DNA from: Candidatus Bathyarchaeota archaeon
Lineage (GTDB): Archaea; Thermoproteota; Bathyarchaeia; Bathyarchaeales; DTEX01
Assembly (NCBI GenBank): GCA_963714275.1
Contig: CAVQNT010000002.1
Span: 352,001-416,000 of the forward strand
Direction of reading: 5' to 3'
Length of the DNA stretch: 64,000 nt
Part shown: positions 1 to 11,390 of the stretch, piece after piece
Numbering within the stretch: position 1 is the stretch's first letter
Layout of the letters: each line of letters opens with the position of its first letter
Notes under the pieces: generated by a model
Seen by the model: only the letters and a program-made list of their open reading frames with translations
Databases searched by the model: none
Told to the model about the DNA's origin: nothing
Made by a program: the position numbers and the translations under genes

Positions 1-442
1 GATCCAAAAATCCCATTCATCTTTCCACATGATGTAGCGCTAGCATAGCGTTAGGGAATGCTGGCTTGCCCTGACTGCTGATGTTTCCTCCGATGTGGTC
101 GGGGTGAGCATGCGTGAGGATGACCGTGTCGATGTCCTCAGGTGTAATTCCTTCGGCTCGTAGGTTGGGGATCAGTTTACCAGTAGTTGGTTCCAAGTTA
201 CCCTCACCTGTGTCAACCAGAACCCGGTGCTGACCCGTGTTAATCAGCAGGCTTGGATAAGGGCTGACATACTCTTTCCACTTCGAGATGTCGAGGTTAT
301 GATCCATTAGCACCTTCTTTAAGTGTTCCTTGGGTGCATTAACAAAAAAAACCTGGGCAGGGTCAGAATACGCACTGTTACCGTCGTTAACAACCATACA
401 TTTGAAAGCCCCTAATTGAAAGTGAAAGCTTTCGTTACCCAT
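1..442 (-). CDS. MBL-fold metallo-hydrolase (YtnP/AHL-lactonase-like); 7-bp insertion near 40-47; runs off window start
   Basis: LVDTG and THAHPDHIGG motifs; paralog of 37394-38266; frame resumes as RYIMWKDEWDFW after the insertion. Confidence 0.85.
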
Positions 443-539
443 AGTTATTCTCCCAATCAGTTCTCTCTTCTGAATATATGTTGTTTTGAGATTTAAAACT
501 GAAGAAGCTTCGAGACATCGCTCGCGCGATGTGTGCGTG

Positions 540-624
540 CTGTGTCTTGCGTGTGTGTTTTTTATTTGTTTGTTTTTTTGTTGAGAGAGAGTTAGTGGGT
601 TTGAGCTCGGGATTAAATTTTTAT
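540..624 (-). repeat. Dispersed palindromic site copy (degenerate CCCAAACCC arm plus CA-rich tail)
   Basis: Reverse complement reads ATAAAAATTTAATCCCGAGCTCAAACCC...ACAAACAAA...ACACACAC, resembling 5411-5520. Confidence 0.6.
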
Positions 625-726
625 GAAAATGTAAAACTAGCTCTATAATCTGCATACATAGCGCGCACGCTGCCACAACACAAGCATGTGTGTTCCTTTA
701 TATTCGACGAAGCAGCTGGAAGGCTG

Positions 727-2011
727 TCATATTGCTGTTGGATCTACAACCTTTCCCATGAATAATATTGTTCCTGAACGGTCATCCCTGATTACAAAAA
801 AGAATGGTCTGTCTACAATAAAAGTTGGTTTAATAGTGGGAATTGAAGTTAAACCTATTCCTACATTTGTAGCAGCTGCTGCCACAGTTCCCTTTTCATT
901 AACCTCAATGACAGCCTTATGATCCACATAGTCTATAAAAAGGTCAGCAGGAGCAATGCCTCTAAAATTGGCATTAAACGGATCAAAAGCAATTCCCATC
1001 CCAAGCTTGTCTAAAACATCATTCAAACGCTTTACCCCATATTCTAACTTGAACTTGGGAAACTTTGCCTCAAGGCCTTCTACAAGTTTAAATCCGTCCA
1101 TATAATTCTCCCATGATTCTTTGCTTAATGATTCAATGAAAGAATCAAAAGTGACATCCCTATTCGGCAAGAACACGTACATCGCGATCTTGTCTCTACC
1201 ATAAGGAAATCTTGCAGCCTTGAAGTCTTCCCCTTCATAATAACTAAAGTTTCCCGTTGTTGACATCATGTCCACTTTTGCTGTGCTTCCATCAGATAGG
1301 AAGAAATCAGCTTCCTTGGTTGCTGACTCATTAAAACTTGTTACCCATTCTCCCTTGAAATAAATCGCGTTAATCAAAAACATAATTAGTTCAGGATCGA
1401 TTTCATCCACCATTTTATCTATTTTCCCATTAGTTTTGTTGCTTATCCAAGCATTTATCTCGTCAGGAGTTTGAGGGTTCCCAAAATCACGAGATAAGAC
1501 CTCGCTTTCAAAGTATTCTTTGACCCTTTGTGTGAAGTCCTGCTTAACCAAAGGTTCAAAACTTATTCATTATCCAAATAGAATCGGCAATATCCAATTG
1601 TACTTGCTTATCCACATTTTCTAGACTATCTATTAAGTTCAAGTACCCTTCGTTTAACTCTTCCAAACTCATGTTTCCAAGTTGAAGAGCTCTTGCCATG
1701 GCATCTTTTGTTGTGCCTTCTGCCCCGTTATACGTCATTGACAATGCGATCGAGATACTTAAGGGTGAAATGAAGACATTCATGTTTTTGTCTTCAATAG
1801 ACAGCTCTTTGAAGATGTTGAAAGCAAACTCTGTATTCGAGGAAACAAGACTTTTATCAACCAAATTTGCCTTTTCATCGGATAAGGCATAAACATCATT
1901 GATTTGACTTTGTGGGCTCAAATATTCATTAACAATAGATCCGACAAAAAATACTACTAAAATGATAAGCGTAACTAATGCAACTTTTCTTTTCTTTAAT
2001 TGTTCTATCAC
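727..2011 (-). CDS. Serpin with N-terminal membrane anchor/signal; frameshift near 1555
   Basis: NVFISPLSI, INAIYFKGEW, hinge NEKGTVAAAAT, DRPFFFVIRD...ILFMGKV across two ORFs. Confidence 0.92.
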
Positions 2012-2108
2012 ATAAAGCCCCTTAACTATACTTCTTAAAAATGTTTATTAATCTATACATTAGAACACCACAACATTACCAAAAATAAACATCAGCTAAG
2101 CTAGCTAA

Positions 2109-2642
2109 CACTATTTTAAACAAGTTTTCAGCTTGATTTCTGGAAATCTGAGACATGAATCCCGCAAGAAGTTTAAAGCTTATGATGGAAAAAACAACGC
2201 TTTCAACTTGGCACATGAAGTCTTGTCATGGAAAGTTTACAGAGCCTTAATCAAGGCTAAGCTCGAACCGTATCTAGGCTTCTTGCATTCGGTTCAATTC
2301 GGAAAACCTAGTCTCGTATGCGATTTCCAAGAATTATACAGATACCTCATAGATGATTTTTTGATTGAACGGAGAACAAGGTTTCACAAAAACGACTTCG
2401 TAGTTGTAACGGACTTTATAATGCATCTTAGAATTGGAAAGAAAATTCATTTATGCGATTATGAAACTAACGAGTTAGCCTGATGGTTTAAACGCACTTT
2501 TCGAAAGAACCGTTGAAATTCCGAGGATAAAGGTAGGCAACAGACAACCCTTGAAACCCTGATTAACGAAGAAGCCTTGTTATTCGCCAAGTATCTGAGA
2601 AATGAACGTGAAACTTGGATTCCTAGAGTGCCTTCACTCTAA
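2109..2642 (+). pseudogene. cas1: Solo Cas1 (casposase-like) C-terminal half; 5'-truncated and frameshifted
   Basis: NNAFNLAHEVL...KAKLEPYLGFLH...PSLVCDFQELYR is the Cas1 catalytic region; tail ETLINEEALLFAKYLRNERETWIPRVPSL*; starts abruptly after TCAGCTAAGCTAGCTAA. Confidence 0.85.
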
Positions 2643-2656
2643 TTTTTGTTAAAATT

Positions 2657-3763
2657 ATGATTAAATTTTTTGAAAGATTATATATATTATTAGTCAGAAT
2701 TAATGATTGGGAATTTATGATGAGTGAAAAGAAAGTTGTAAATAGAAACGTAGCCATTGCGTTAGGAATCATTTGTATCGTTTTAGCAGTCGGTTTAGTC
2801 GTAGATATAGCCAATATGCTAAAAGACAACATCATAGCAAGCAAGGATTCTACAATCAATGACCTAAATTCACAAATCACTAACAAAAACTCTCAAATAG
2901 CAGAGAAAGACAACACTATTTCTTCGTTAAACTCTCAAGTATCGAGTAAAGATTCTCAAATACAGACACTTACAAGCCAAATCATAGACCTACAGAATCA
3001 AATTACCTCACTTCAAAACGAAATTACCTCAAAACAAAACGAAATCTCTTCATTGAATACTCAGATTGCAGATCTTCAAGAATCTTTAGAAAACCTTCAG
3101 GCTAGAATATTAGAACTTGAAAGGATACTATTTACACAAGTAACCATAGACAAATTAGAGTGGAACGTTACAGGAAACAAAGTAACTGTGACCATTCGAA
3201 ACACTGGCAATCTTACAGCAACGATACAGTCGATCAGTCTAAGGGCAAATGTGGCGGGAGACCCTTTCGCAACAGAAAATATTGTTCCTCAGATAACAAT
3301 CGAAGCTGGGAAGACAGATGACGTAGTTTGGGCTCATAATTTGGGCTGGACAATTCACGATAGCACTTCCTACGTTGTTCGAGTAACACTTTCAACAGGC
3401 TTCAATTATGAGATAATCGCTTCTACACCCGAACCACAGATACAGGTAAGGATAGATTATGTACAATGGATTGTATCTCAGAATACAACTAAGATAACCG
3501 TAAGGAATACAGGAAGCCTCACTGCAACGATAGAATCAGTTGCAATAAGAAATAATCCAGGAGGAACATGGTATGTAACCACTATCCCCGCCGAAGCATC
3601 TGTTTCACCTACGTTGCCAACAACAATCGATGTCTGGTCCACAATAGATATTACTGTAATCTGGAAGAACCTGAAGCTGCAATCTAACAAATCATATGTT
3701 ATCAGAGTAACCACCGCAACAGGCTTCAACTTCGAGCTGACTTTTCAGTCGCCATCAGGTTAG
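2657..3763 (+). CDS. Membrane-anchored surface protein: TM + coiled coil + two Ig-like (CARDB-like) repeats; true start probably ~2717
   Basis: Hydrophobic N-terminus, heptad S/Q/N-rich stalk, duplicated RNTG.LTATI...SYV.RVT..TGFN.E domain. Confidence 0.8.
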   Translation: MIKFFERLYILLVRINDWEFMMSEKKVVNRNVAIALGIICIVLAVGLVVDIANMLKDNIIASKDSTINDLNSQITNKNSQIAEKDNTISSLNSQVSSKDSQIQTLTSQIIDLQNQITSLQNEITSKQNEISSLNTQIADLQESLENLQARILELERILFTQVTIDKLEWNVTGNKVTVTIRNTGNLTATIQSISLRANVAGDPFATENIVPQITIEAGKTDDVVWAHNLGWTIHDSTSYVVRVTLSTGFNYEIIASTPEPQIQVRIDYVQWIVSQNTTKITVRNTGSLTATIESVAIRNNPGGTWYVTTIPAEASVSPTLPTTIDVWSTIDITVIWKNLKLQSNKSYVIRVTTATGFNFELTFQSPSG

Positions 3764-3805
3764 CATGGATAGCTCAGCTAGAGAATCGAGCGTTTTAGGC
3801 TAGCT

Positions 3806-3962
3806 AGTTTTTTGTGTGATATATTATACTCTCTCTCATGTGTGTGAGTATATTTTTTCGTATTGTGAGGAGAGAGAGGTAGAGGAAGTAAGAGTAAGAT
3901 AGACAGAGAACATTAATAGTAGTTATAGAAGAAGAAGAAGAAAAGATTAAAATTTAATTCCT
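3806..3962 (+). repeat. Dispersed palindromic site copy (GT/GA-rich arm + GATTAAAATTTAAT)
   Basis: TTTTGTGTG...GTGTGAGTA...GAGAGAG...AAAGATTAAAATTTAATTCC, similar to 37281-37375. Confidence 0.65.
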
Positions 3963-4062
3963 TCCTTCCTGAATTATGAACTGTTAATTCGACGAATATC
4001 TAAAAAACAATTTAGAAATTTGAAATAAAAGATGGATTTAAGATATTGTTATTTGATTCTGA

Positions 4063-4320
4063 ATGCTTAAAAATAGGTACAAAAATACAAAACACAATAT
4101 GAGTCCTTTTCGTCTAATTGTGTTAGGAATACTTTTTATCATGTGGACTGCTTTTTCATTCGGCATTTCTACAATTATGACTGATGCAAGATTTTCTGCA
4201 TGGTGGCAAATTGTAATTGCATTATGTTTCTTGTGGCTTTCCTATGTTGCCATCGGACGTCTTATTCAGGAAGCTAGTTACACTGTTAAGCCAATCTGTG
4301 ACTTGTATTTTTGCCTATAG
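4063..4320 (+). CDS. Small two-TM hypothetical protein
   Basis: Two hydrophobic segments in 85 aa. Confidence 0.5.
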   Translation: MLKNRYKNTKHNMSPFRLIVLGILFIMWTAFSFGISTIMTDARFSAWWQIVIALCFLWLSYVAIGRLIQEASYTVKPICDLYFCL

Positions 4321-4835
4321 TACCAGTTAGCTAGATATTCCGTTCTTCTGTTTACTTATAGCTGAAGAACACGAGAGAGAAATAAAGAACCTATCTAGCT
4401 AATATGTTTCGAGCTGTTTTAAGTAGAGTTACAAGTTCCTCTTCTGACAGATCATTTTTGTCGTTTGCTTTGTTAAGCTTTGCTCATAGCTGAGCTAAGT
4501 CCAAATGGTATCTAGCTTGTTTTTCTAGCTTTTCAGTCATTTTAATCTTTTTTTTAATATTTTTTGATTAGTAAAAGTGTTGTGAAACAAAATTACATGT
4601 TATAACTAAATAGCAGACATATTATTTGACAATGCTCAGCTAGTTGTCAAGATAGCTAGGAAGCTTACTTTCTCAACTTACAATTTTACTTCGGCAAGAC
4701 TTCCTAAAATAAGCCTTTGTCTTCGTCTTTTTGGTACGACTCTTTGATTCTCACCACTTCTTTCACGGACGTGGAATCCAAACTCTGAGTTCATAAGACT
4801 AAAATGTATATGGAATATAGATTTTTCGTATAATA

Positions 4836-5075
4836 ATGTTCGCAGCAGTTGAAGAATTAGAAGTCATGCCTGTCACTTCCAGCGAGGTTCTTCGGATTCT
4901 TGGGGCGTTGAACTCGGAGGTGCTAGAAAATATTCTGGATGAGACAAAGTTCTCGAAAAGAATCGCTTCTCTCCAAGAACAGAGGGTTATTGTTGTGGAT
5001 AAACCAGCAGGTCCTGTGGATTCTGCTACAGTAAGTGTTGAGGCTTCTATTGGGAGGGAATCTAGCAATGACTGA
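4836..5075 (+). CDS. Hypothetical protein
   Basis: Protein-like composition; overlaps a short downstream ORF (~5068-5220). Confidence 0.4.
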   Translation: MFAAVEELEVMPVTSSEVLRILGALNSEVLENILDETKFSKRIASLQEQRVIVVDKPAGPVDSATVSVEASIGRESSND

Positions 5076-5395
5076 GGGCGTTGACAAATTCGATTACAGG
5101 TCTTACATTAGGATGAAGGCATTCAAGATTCTGGACCGAAACGAAGGGGTGAAACTGACGAGGAAGACTCTTGGAAGTCTCGAAATTATCGGTTTCCATT
5201 TGGTTCCATCGATATACTGATGATTTGCTATAACTAGTTATTCGTAAGCTCAGCTAGCTTTGCATCAAACAGTTACTTCCAACTTACAGGAGTAATTGAG
5301 CAATCCCACTTCAGTGTTAGAAAAAATGAATGATAGTTTACTCTTTTCTTCTTCTTTAAACATGAAAGATATGGAATCCACGTAGCTAGCTAGCC

Positions 5396-5520
5396 AGAGA
5401 GAGAAAGAGAAAGATTAAATTTTAATCCCAAACCCAAACCCATACTTAATTACACCCCTATACTCCAATACTCATACTTACCAATACAAGGCTAAACAAA
5501 CAAACACAAACACACACAAA
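5396..5520 (+). repeat. Dispersed palindromic site, complete form with both arms
   Basis: GAGAAAGAGAAA-GATTAAATTTTAATC-CCAAACCCAAACCC...CAAACAAACACAAACACACAC, bounded by AGCT tracts. Confidence 0.75.
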
Positions 5521-5643
5521 AGCTCAGCTAGCTTATGGAGTTTTCGAGCGTGCTTTATTATCAATATTATCCAAGAACATCAATAATACTACAGAAAAAA
5601 TTATATATTCATTCATGTTAATAGATTTTTTTGTGAACGGGGT

Positions 5644-6331
5644 TTGAATTTGAATATCTATCCAATTGACTTTGGCTTTAATCAATGCTACATAATCCAG
5701 AGTGAAGGTACTATCATGATCGATGGTGGCTCCCCAAACAAGGCAGAAGCCTTTAAGCAAGCAATAGAAAAGATTCAGATGAACCCTCAAGATATCAAAT
5801 TAATGGTCTTGACTCATGGGCATTTTGACCACATAGGTTCTGCTAAGGAAATAAAGGAGATAACAGGCGCCAAGATCGCTATGCACCTATCGGACATAGA
5901 CTACATTGACAAATCCAAATGGACACATATGCTTCCAAAAGGAGTCGGTATCTGGGGTAGCATAAACAGCGCGTTAACGCACGTTGCCATACCTTTTATA
6001 AATTTCCCACCGTTCGAAGTCGACATAGTCATTAGAGATGAAGGGATGCCATTGACAGGTTTTGGAATCCCAGGTAAAGTGGTCTACACTCCTGGTCACA
6101 CTGCTGGATCTATCAGTGTCATATTGGACTCAGGAGACGCTTTTATAGGATGCTTAGCCCAGAACAAGACTACCATTGCGACTGAGTCCCGGACTGCCTG
6201 TTTTGGCTGACAACATCGAAAAAGTAAAGGAAAGTTGGAGATCAATATTGGATCTGGGAGTAAAAACGGTATATCCAGGACACGGAAAGCCCTTTTCCGC
6301 TGACATAATCCGAAAGGCTTTGGCTAGCTAG
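5644..6331 (+). CDS. MBL-fold metallo-hydrolase; frameshift near 6165
   Basis: THGHFDHIG, TPGHTAGS, C-terminal VYPGHGKPF in another frame. Confidence 0.88.
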
Positions 6332-6388
6332 CTTAGAGTGCGCGTAAGACGCAAGAGGTTTTACTAATATGAAGACTTTTATCAATCC

Positions 6389-7448
6389 GTGAACATACCT
6401 TTCGAATGTATGTTGAACGAATCTCAACTTGATAATAACATTGAATGGCTTTTAGCAAAAGGTTCATCCCCAATAGTTTATCTAACACATCTGAACCTCC
6501 TCAATCGAGAACACTGCACAATTGAGATGCAAGGACTGTGGAATCAAGTTCAGACTTCCTTGGATAGCAAGGAGATTTTTGGAAAACAGCGAGAGGACGG
6601 AAGCTGGTATGATGGTGGTTCTTGGTCGTATAAACCAACCTATATGCCCAAATCAGGTTATACGCCAGTAAGCCCAAAATACGTGACAACAGTCTGGCTT
6701 CTAGTTAAACTAGGTGAAATGGGGTACACAGTAAAAGATCCGAGGATAAGAAAAGCCTGTGAGTGGATGATGAAGTGGCAGTGGCAGAATGGGGTTCTTT
6801 CAGAGAAGAAAGAAGCTTCACAGTCACTGAGGGTTTGTCCTAATCCCTCTAATTTTCCTTGCAGGATGAGTATTCAGACTCGAAGCCTTAGCTAAAGTTG
6901 GTTTTGGTACTGATCCTAGAATGCGTAAATCTTGGGAGTTAATGCTGAGGTGGAGGCGTGAGGATAAAGGATGGGTTCATGATGGGCATCTTGATGGGAC
7001 AGCTTCACCGTACAAGATCTGGACTAGGAGTTGTCCTTATGTCTCTTATATTGCTACGAGCGCGCTCTTTTATTCTGGAGTCCCAGAGTACAAGAAGTAT
7101 GCTGAGGAGAGCCTAGACTTCATTCTGTGGCATATGGATCAGAAGGAGCCTAAGGATCTTCAGAGGTTTTTCTGGCATGGACATGAGCCATTGAAGGAGT
7201 TGTTGATGTTCAGTGAGGTTGGGTTTGATCCTGAGCAAAGGTCCATTCAGGTTCTCCTTGAGTGGCTTAAGGGAATGTATGACCCGGGTGAAGCGTGTTT
7301 TAGTTATAAAGGTAAACCCTATTCCAAGATGAATATTAAGGAGGATAATGCCACATCCCATGTAATGAAATATAGAATGTACCATCAAGCTGAGGATGAC
7401 TGGTTAACATATTACGCAACAAGGATATTCAAAAATTTCTTGAATTGA
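6389..7448 (+). CDS. Prenyltransferase/squalene-cyclase-like alpha-barrel protein; frameshift near 6880
   Basis: QREDGSW and WQWQNG QW-like repeats, DPRIRKACEW. Confidence 0.6.
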
Positions 7449-7689
7449 ACAGACTAACTACATTTATTTCCATTACTAAACTTGGCGCACGTTAAAAATC
7501 TTTTCCAAACTTTGGTATTAACGAAAGACGTTGTTTAAGGACTCTTTTTACATTGAGGTATCTATCGAAATGAACCTTGTTTACAACGAGGACTCTGTCT
7601 GTAATAAGTAATTTAAAATAACCAGCTATGTCTCAGTTTGTGGCTTGTTCCCTGCTGTCAGATATTTGAGAAGTAACTGCCAGTCCTTC

Positions 7690-7917
7690 TCAAGGGCAGA
7701 GAAGTTGTTCTTTCTTCTGTTTATCTGGTTCTACCCTAACACTAAGAGGCCCAATCCCAGCAAGAGATGGCAAGATTTGTGATAATAATTGCTCTGCACT
7801 AAGTAGCCGAACTATACCGTTTGGATTGGTTTGTGTCCAACCATTCTTCTCTTTATGGTATCTTTGAATATAGCCATGTTTAGTTGTGATGTAGATTGTG
7901 CACTCATTATTCTTCAA
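7690..7917 (-). CDS. Hypothetical protein
   Basis: 75-aa ORF with ATG start and protein-like composition. Confidence 0.55.
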   Translation of the reverse strand: MKNNECTIYITTKHGYIQRYHKEKNGWTQTNPNGIVRLLSAEQLLSQILPSLAGIGPLSVRVEPDKQKKEQLLCP

Positions 7918-8052
7918 CTGAAATCACTAATCCGCATGATATCCTTCGGTTCTGCTATAACTTTTTCTCAAAATCAAAAACTGTCATTAAATGACTTAAT
8001 TACTATGTTACACATATTTAGAATCTAGAAAGCCTTTAAGGAGTTGATAAGT

Positions 8053-8496
8053 ATGGTCAGACTAAGAGATATAATGGTTTCTCCGGTTATAACAACTAAA
8101 AAGAACGCAAAGATAAGTGAAGCGGCAAGCACAATGTGCGCAAATAACTTAGGCTCACTAGTTGTTGTTGATAATAATGAAAAGCCAGTAGGCATGGTTA
8201 CAGAGCGGGATATGCTACGAAAGGTCATCATGACATCGAAAAACCCAAAACAAACCGATGTTTCCCAAATTATGTCAAGTCCTTTAGTAACAGGCGATCC
8301 AGACATGGACGTGGAGCATGCCGCCAAGTTCATGCTACAGAAAGACATCAAGAGGTTGCCGATTGTTGAAGAAGGAAAAATGATTGGTATAGTGACTTTC
8401 ACGGATATAATGAAGGCTCAACCTCAAATTATGATTGCCCTTGAAAGGAGTCTCGAAAAGTTGCCTAAACGGTTCAGGAAGTGGATGAGAAAATAG
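8053..8496 (+). CDS. CBS-domain pair protein
   Basis: LVVVD...VGMVTERD and LPIVEEGKMIGIVTFTDI. Confidence 0.92.
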   Translation: MVRLRDIMVSPVITTKKNAKISEAASTMCANNLGSLVVVDNNEKPVGMVTERDMLRKVIMTSKNPKQTDVSQIMSSPLVTGDPDMDVEHAAKFMLQKDIKRLPIVEEGKMIGIVTFTDIMKAQPQIMIALERSLEKLPKRFRKWMRK

Positions 8497-8578
8497 GGTA
8501 GTAAGAGATCCATTGATTTCTATACAATAGGATTCTATGAATATAAAAAAATAGGGGCATTATTTCGTAAGCAAGTGT

Positions 8579-8851
8579 TTACCTGAAATCTTCTGAATCT
8601 ACTACCGTCATTGGATATGGTCCTTCAAATGGGGCTGGAACTTTTTTGAGAACTTGTCGGATTGCCTCAGCATTTGTGGCATTCCATTGGCACAGTATTT
8701 TGACGATTTTGCCCTCTTGATTCAGTTGGGCCCAACTGTTGACCCAGTAGGCATCAAGTGTTGAATTGGCTTTTGCTGCTTTACCTACAGGAGCAGCTTC
8801 TGCTATGGTTGCAGGAGCTGGTAGTGGGTGAACAACTAAAAATTTCGGCAT
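8579..8851 (-). CDS. DUF4242-like small protein
   Basis: MPKFLVVH...W..SW...KILCQWNATNAEAIR pattern. Confidence 0.65.
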   Translation of the reverse strand: MPKFLVVHPLPAPATIAEAAPVGKAAKANSTLDAYWVNSWAQLNQEGKIVKILCQWNATNAEAIRQVLKKVPAPFEGPYPMTVVDSEDFR

Positions 8852-9820
8852 ATTTTTTTTCTCCAAAAACATATTTTTTAAGTTACATCTATATAAGTAC
8901 TTTTACTTTGTTTGATGTTTCTCTTGTACTAAAAAGTTCCTCATATATATGTAAGATAGCAAACCGTAGTAAGTCTGTGAAGCTTGAAGACAAGGGAAAT
9001 CTTGATAGCCAACAGTGATGGACACTACTATGCCATTAACAGTTAGACAAAATCACAGACTGGATATATCTTTCTAAGATAGTGTACTTTGCTGAGGTTT
9101 TCAACATAATCCTCAAACCCGACAAGAGAAAAGAAACAAGGAATGTTAGGTTTTCTAATATTCGCTATGCTGAACTTTGATTGTACCACATAATAGTAAA
9201 GTTGTACCTTGATAGCTAGTTTTCTGGCTTAGACTTAGCACGACCCTTAATCTTCATTGCTAACTCACTATCAAGTTATAAAAAAAATCGGAAAGAGTAA
9301 AAGTGCCTAATTACCAACAATATAGTAGAGAGATTATGTCCCCCAAAAAAGGACTCTAATAATGATGAAGGTTGTAACCAGAAAAATTTTTGTGAACACC
9401 CCCTGTATTTGGCGAGAAAAATACAGAAAGCAAGAAAAGGAAGCCTTAAATGATGTATCTTTCTAAAAAATAGTGAGTGAACAAGCTATGAGGGGAGATG
9501 GAATATGAGACTTTTGGTATGACAATAGGTTTCTTGGTATCCTGCTCTGGTGTTTATTGTTTTTATTTGGCTTAGTCATTATTGCTATTGGATTTGACGT
9601 TTACAATGGCATAATCATCATAGGGGTTGTTCTCATTATCGCATTCAAACTTTTTGAAAAATACATTAAAAGATGGAGAGAGTAAAAAAAATATAATTTT
9701 CGTTCTTATTCTCAATAGAGAAATCAGAGCATAGTTTGTATATTTCTAAGTCTCTAGCCTGCTAAGTGTTTCATGTGAATTCCTACACAAGCAATAAAAC
9801 TAAAACAGAACAACTGTTGC

Positions 9821-10369
9821 ATGGTGAGAAAAATGCTTGAAGGCAAAAATGTAAATTTAAGACTCATGGAGAAAGAGGATATGTCTCTGTTTGCAGAATG
9901 GGCTAACAAGCCTGAGGTCTTTGGTGAATATAATCCTCTGCATCAGATGTCCAGAACAGAGGCAGAGAAGATGCTTGAGAATCCTCTTGAACTGAAACCA
10001 TTCTTTATAGAGAAAAAAGATGGAAGCAAAATTGGTTTTGTAGCCCATTTTAACGTCCTGCACGTTGCGGGAAAACTGTTGGAAATAGGTTATTCTCTGG
10101 TTCCAAATGAAAGAGGCAAAGGCTACTGCACAGAAGCTGTAAGGATTATGGTGGACTACCTTTTTCTATCGAGAGAAACGATGCGTATTCAAGCTAGCAC
10201 AGATACGAGAAATCTTGCTTCTCAGAAGGTTCTGGAAAAGGCAGGTTTCAAAAAGGAAGGAACGATGCGTAAATACTTTTTCATCAGAGGAGAAACGAGA
10301 GACGCCTATCTCTACAGCATTCTCAGAGAAGAATGGAAAGAACCAAAAATACTAACAAAAGCCACTTGA
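9821..10369 (+). CDS. GNAT N-acetyltransferase (RimJ/RimL family)
   Basis: EIGYSL...RGKGYCTEAV, NLASQKVLEKAGFKKEG. Confidence 0.92.
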   Translation: MVRKMLEGKNVNLRLMEKEDMSLFAEWANKPEVFGEYNPLHQMSRTEAEKMLENPLELKPFFIEKKDGSKIGFVAHFNVLHVAGKLLEIGYSLVPNERGKGYCTEAVRIMVDYLFLSRETMRIQASTDTRNLASQKVLEKAGFKKEGTMRKYFFIRGETRDAYLYSILREEWKEPKILTKAT

Positions 10370-10579
10370 AGACAGCCTGGTTTTAGCTAACTAGTAATAG
10401 ATTTTAGGAAAGGCTATAGAGATTGTATTGAAAATGTGAATTTCACATAAAGGCGATGCTGTATTTAAATGACAATATATGCAGGTAATGTTAAGACAGT
10501 ATTTGCCCCTATTAGCTAACCTAAAAAGCGGTAAGCATAACTGAAGCTTTCTTTGCATGAAAAATAGGAGACAGATGTA

Positions 10580-10864
10580 TTGGAAATATTTGAACATGAA
10601 ATATACAAGTTTCTCACGGAACGTAAAGATGCGATGAAAATATCCGAAGTATGTGAAGCTTTTGGGCAAGACCGTGAAACGAGAGATAATGTTAGAGAAA
10701 AATTGTTAATGATGGCTAGGTACGGCTTAATATTTATTGACGGAGAATACGTATCCGCCCGCAGGATTCTTGAAAAGAGAACTGAATATGACAGGAATGT
10801 CCAAGCAAAACCAGTTCCCGCAACTATGAAGGCCATAAAGCGTGCACGCTTACTAATAAGTTAA
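10580..10864 (+). CDS. Hypothetical protein, possible winged helix
   Basis: Helix-turn-helix-like spacing, GLIFIDG wing. Confidence 0.55.
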   Translation: MEIFEHEIYKFLTERKDAMKISEVCEAFGQDRETRDNVREKLLMMARYGLIFIDGEYVSARRILEKRTEYDRNVQAKPVPATMKAIKRARLLIS

Positions 10865-10919
10865 AATAGTCCGAGAATTTGGTCGCGCTTCCTCCTTCTC
10901 ATAAGGGTGAAAGATTAGA

Positions 10920-11390
10920 TTGGAGGGCAGTTATCACGAGCTTCTCAAGAAAGTTGCTAATAACAAACTTGAGAGGGATGGATATGCCCTATACGTTGAG
11001 CCTCGTGAATCTCCTTTAGAGCAGCTTACATGGGATTATTATCGTCCAGACATTCTTGGAGTATCATCCAGTCAGTCAACTTTGAAGATTGTTATTGTAG
11101 AATGTGAGACAAATCCGTCAATGAGGCGGATGAAAGGTAAAACTTCAAAGTTAAGACGATGTTTTTCTTTACAAAAACGGTTGTGTGAAGAATATTATCT
11201 ACGCCTATTATTAGTAATTCCACCTATGAAGCTCCGAAGAGTGAACGGGTCTACTATACGCAGGTCATGGGAAATATGGACCGTAAACAAGAAAGGAGCC
11301 ATAATCTACACAATCCCTCCATTATACAAAATACCAGCTGAGCTAAACATTTCGATATACTACTGGTCAAGCACCACCCCTCACCAATGA
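10920..11390 (+). CDS. Hypothetical protein, putative PD-(D/E)XK nuclease fold
   Basis: VEP...RPDILG...IVIVECET motif. Confidence 0.55.
   Translation: MEGSYHELLKKVANNKLERDGYALYVEPRESPLEQLTWDYYRPDILGVSSSQSTLKIVIVECETNPSMRRMKGKTSKLRRCFSLQKRLCEEYYLRLLLVIPPMKLRRVNGSTIRRSWEIWTVNKKGAIIYTIPPLYKIPAELNISIYYWSSTTPHQ

Noticed and set aside
2830-3120. Repetitive DNA in the surface-protein gene
   Set aside because: Explained by coiled-coil heptad coding
2000-5600. CRISPR array near cas1
   Set aside because: No regularly spaced 25-45-bp direct repeats; the AGCT tracts are short, variable and irregularly spaced
7500-7540. Possible third cas1-tail remnant (ATTAACGAA...TTGTT)
   Set aside because: Similarity too weak and no conserved reading frame
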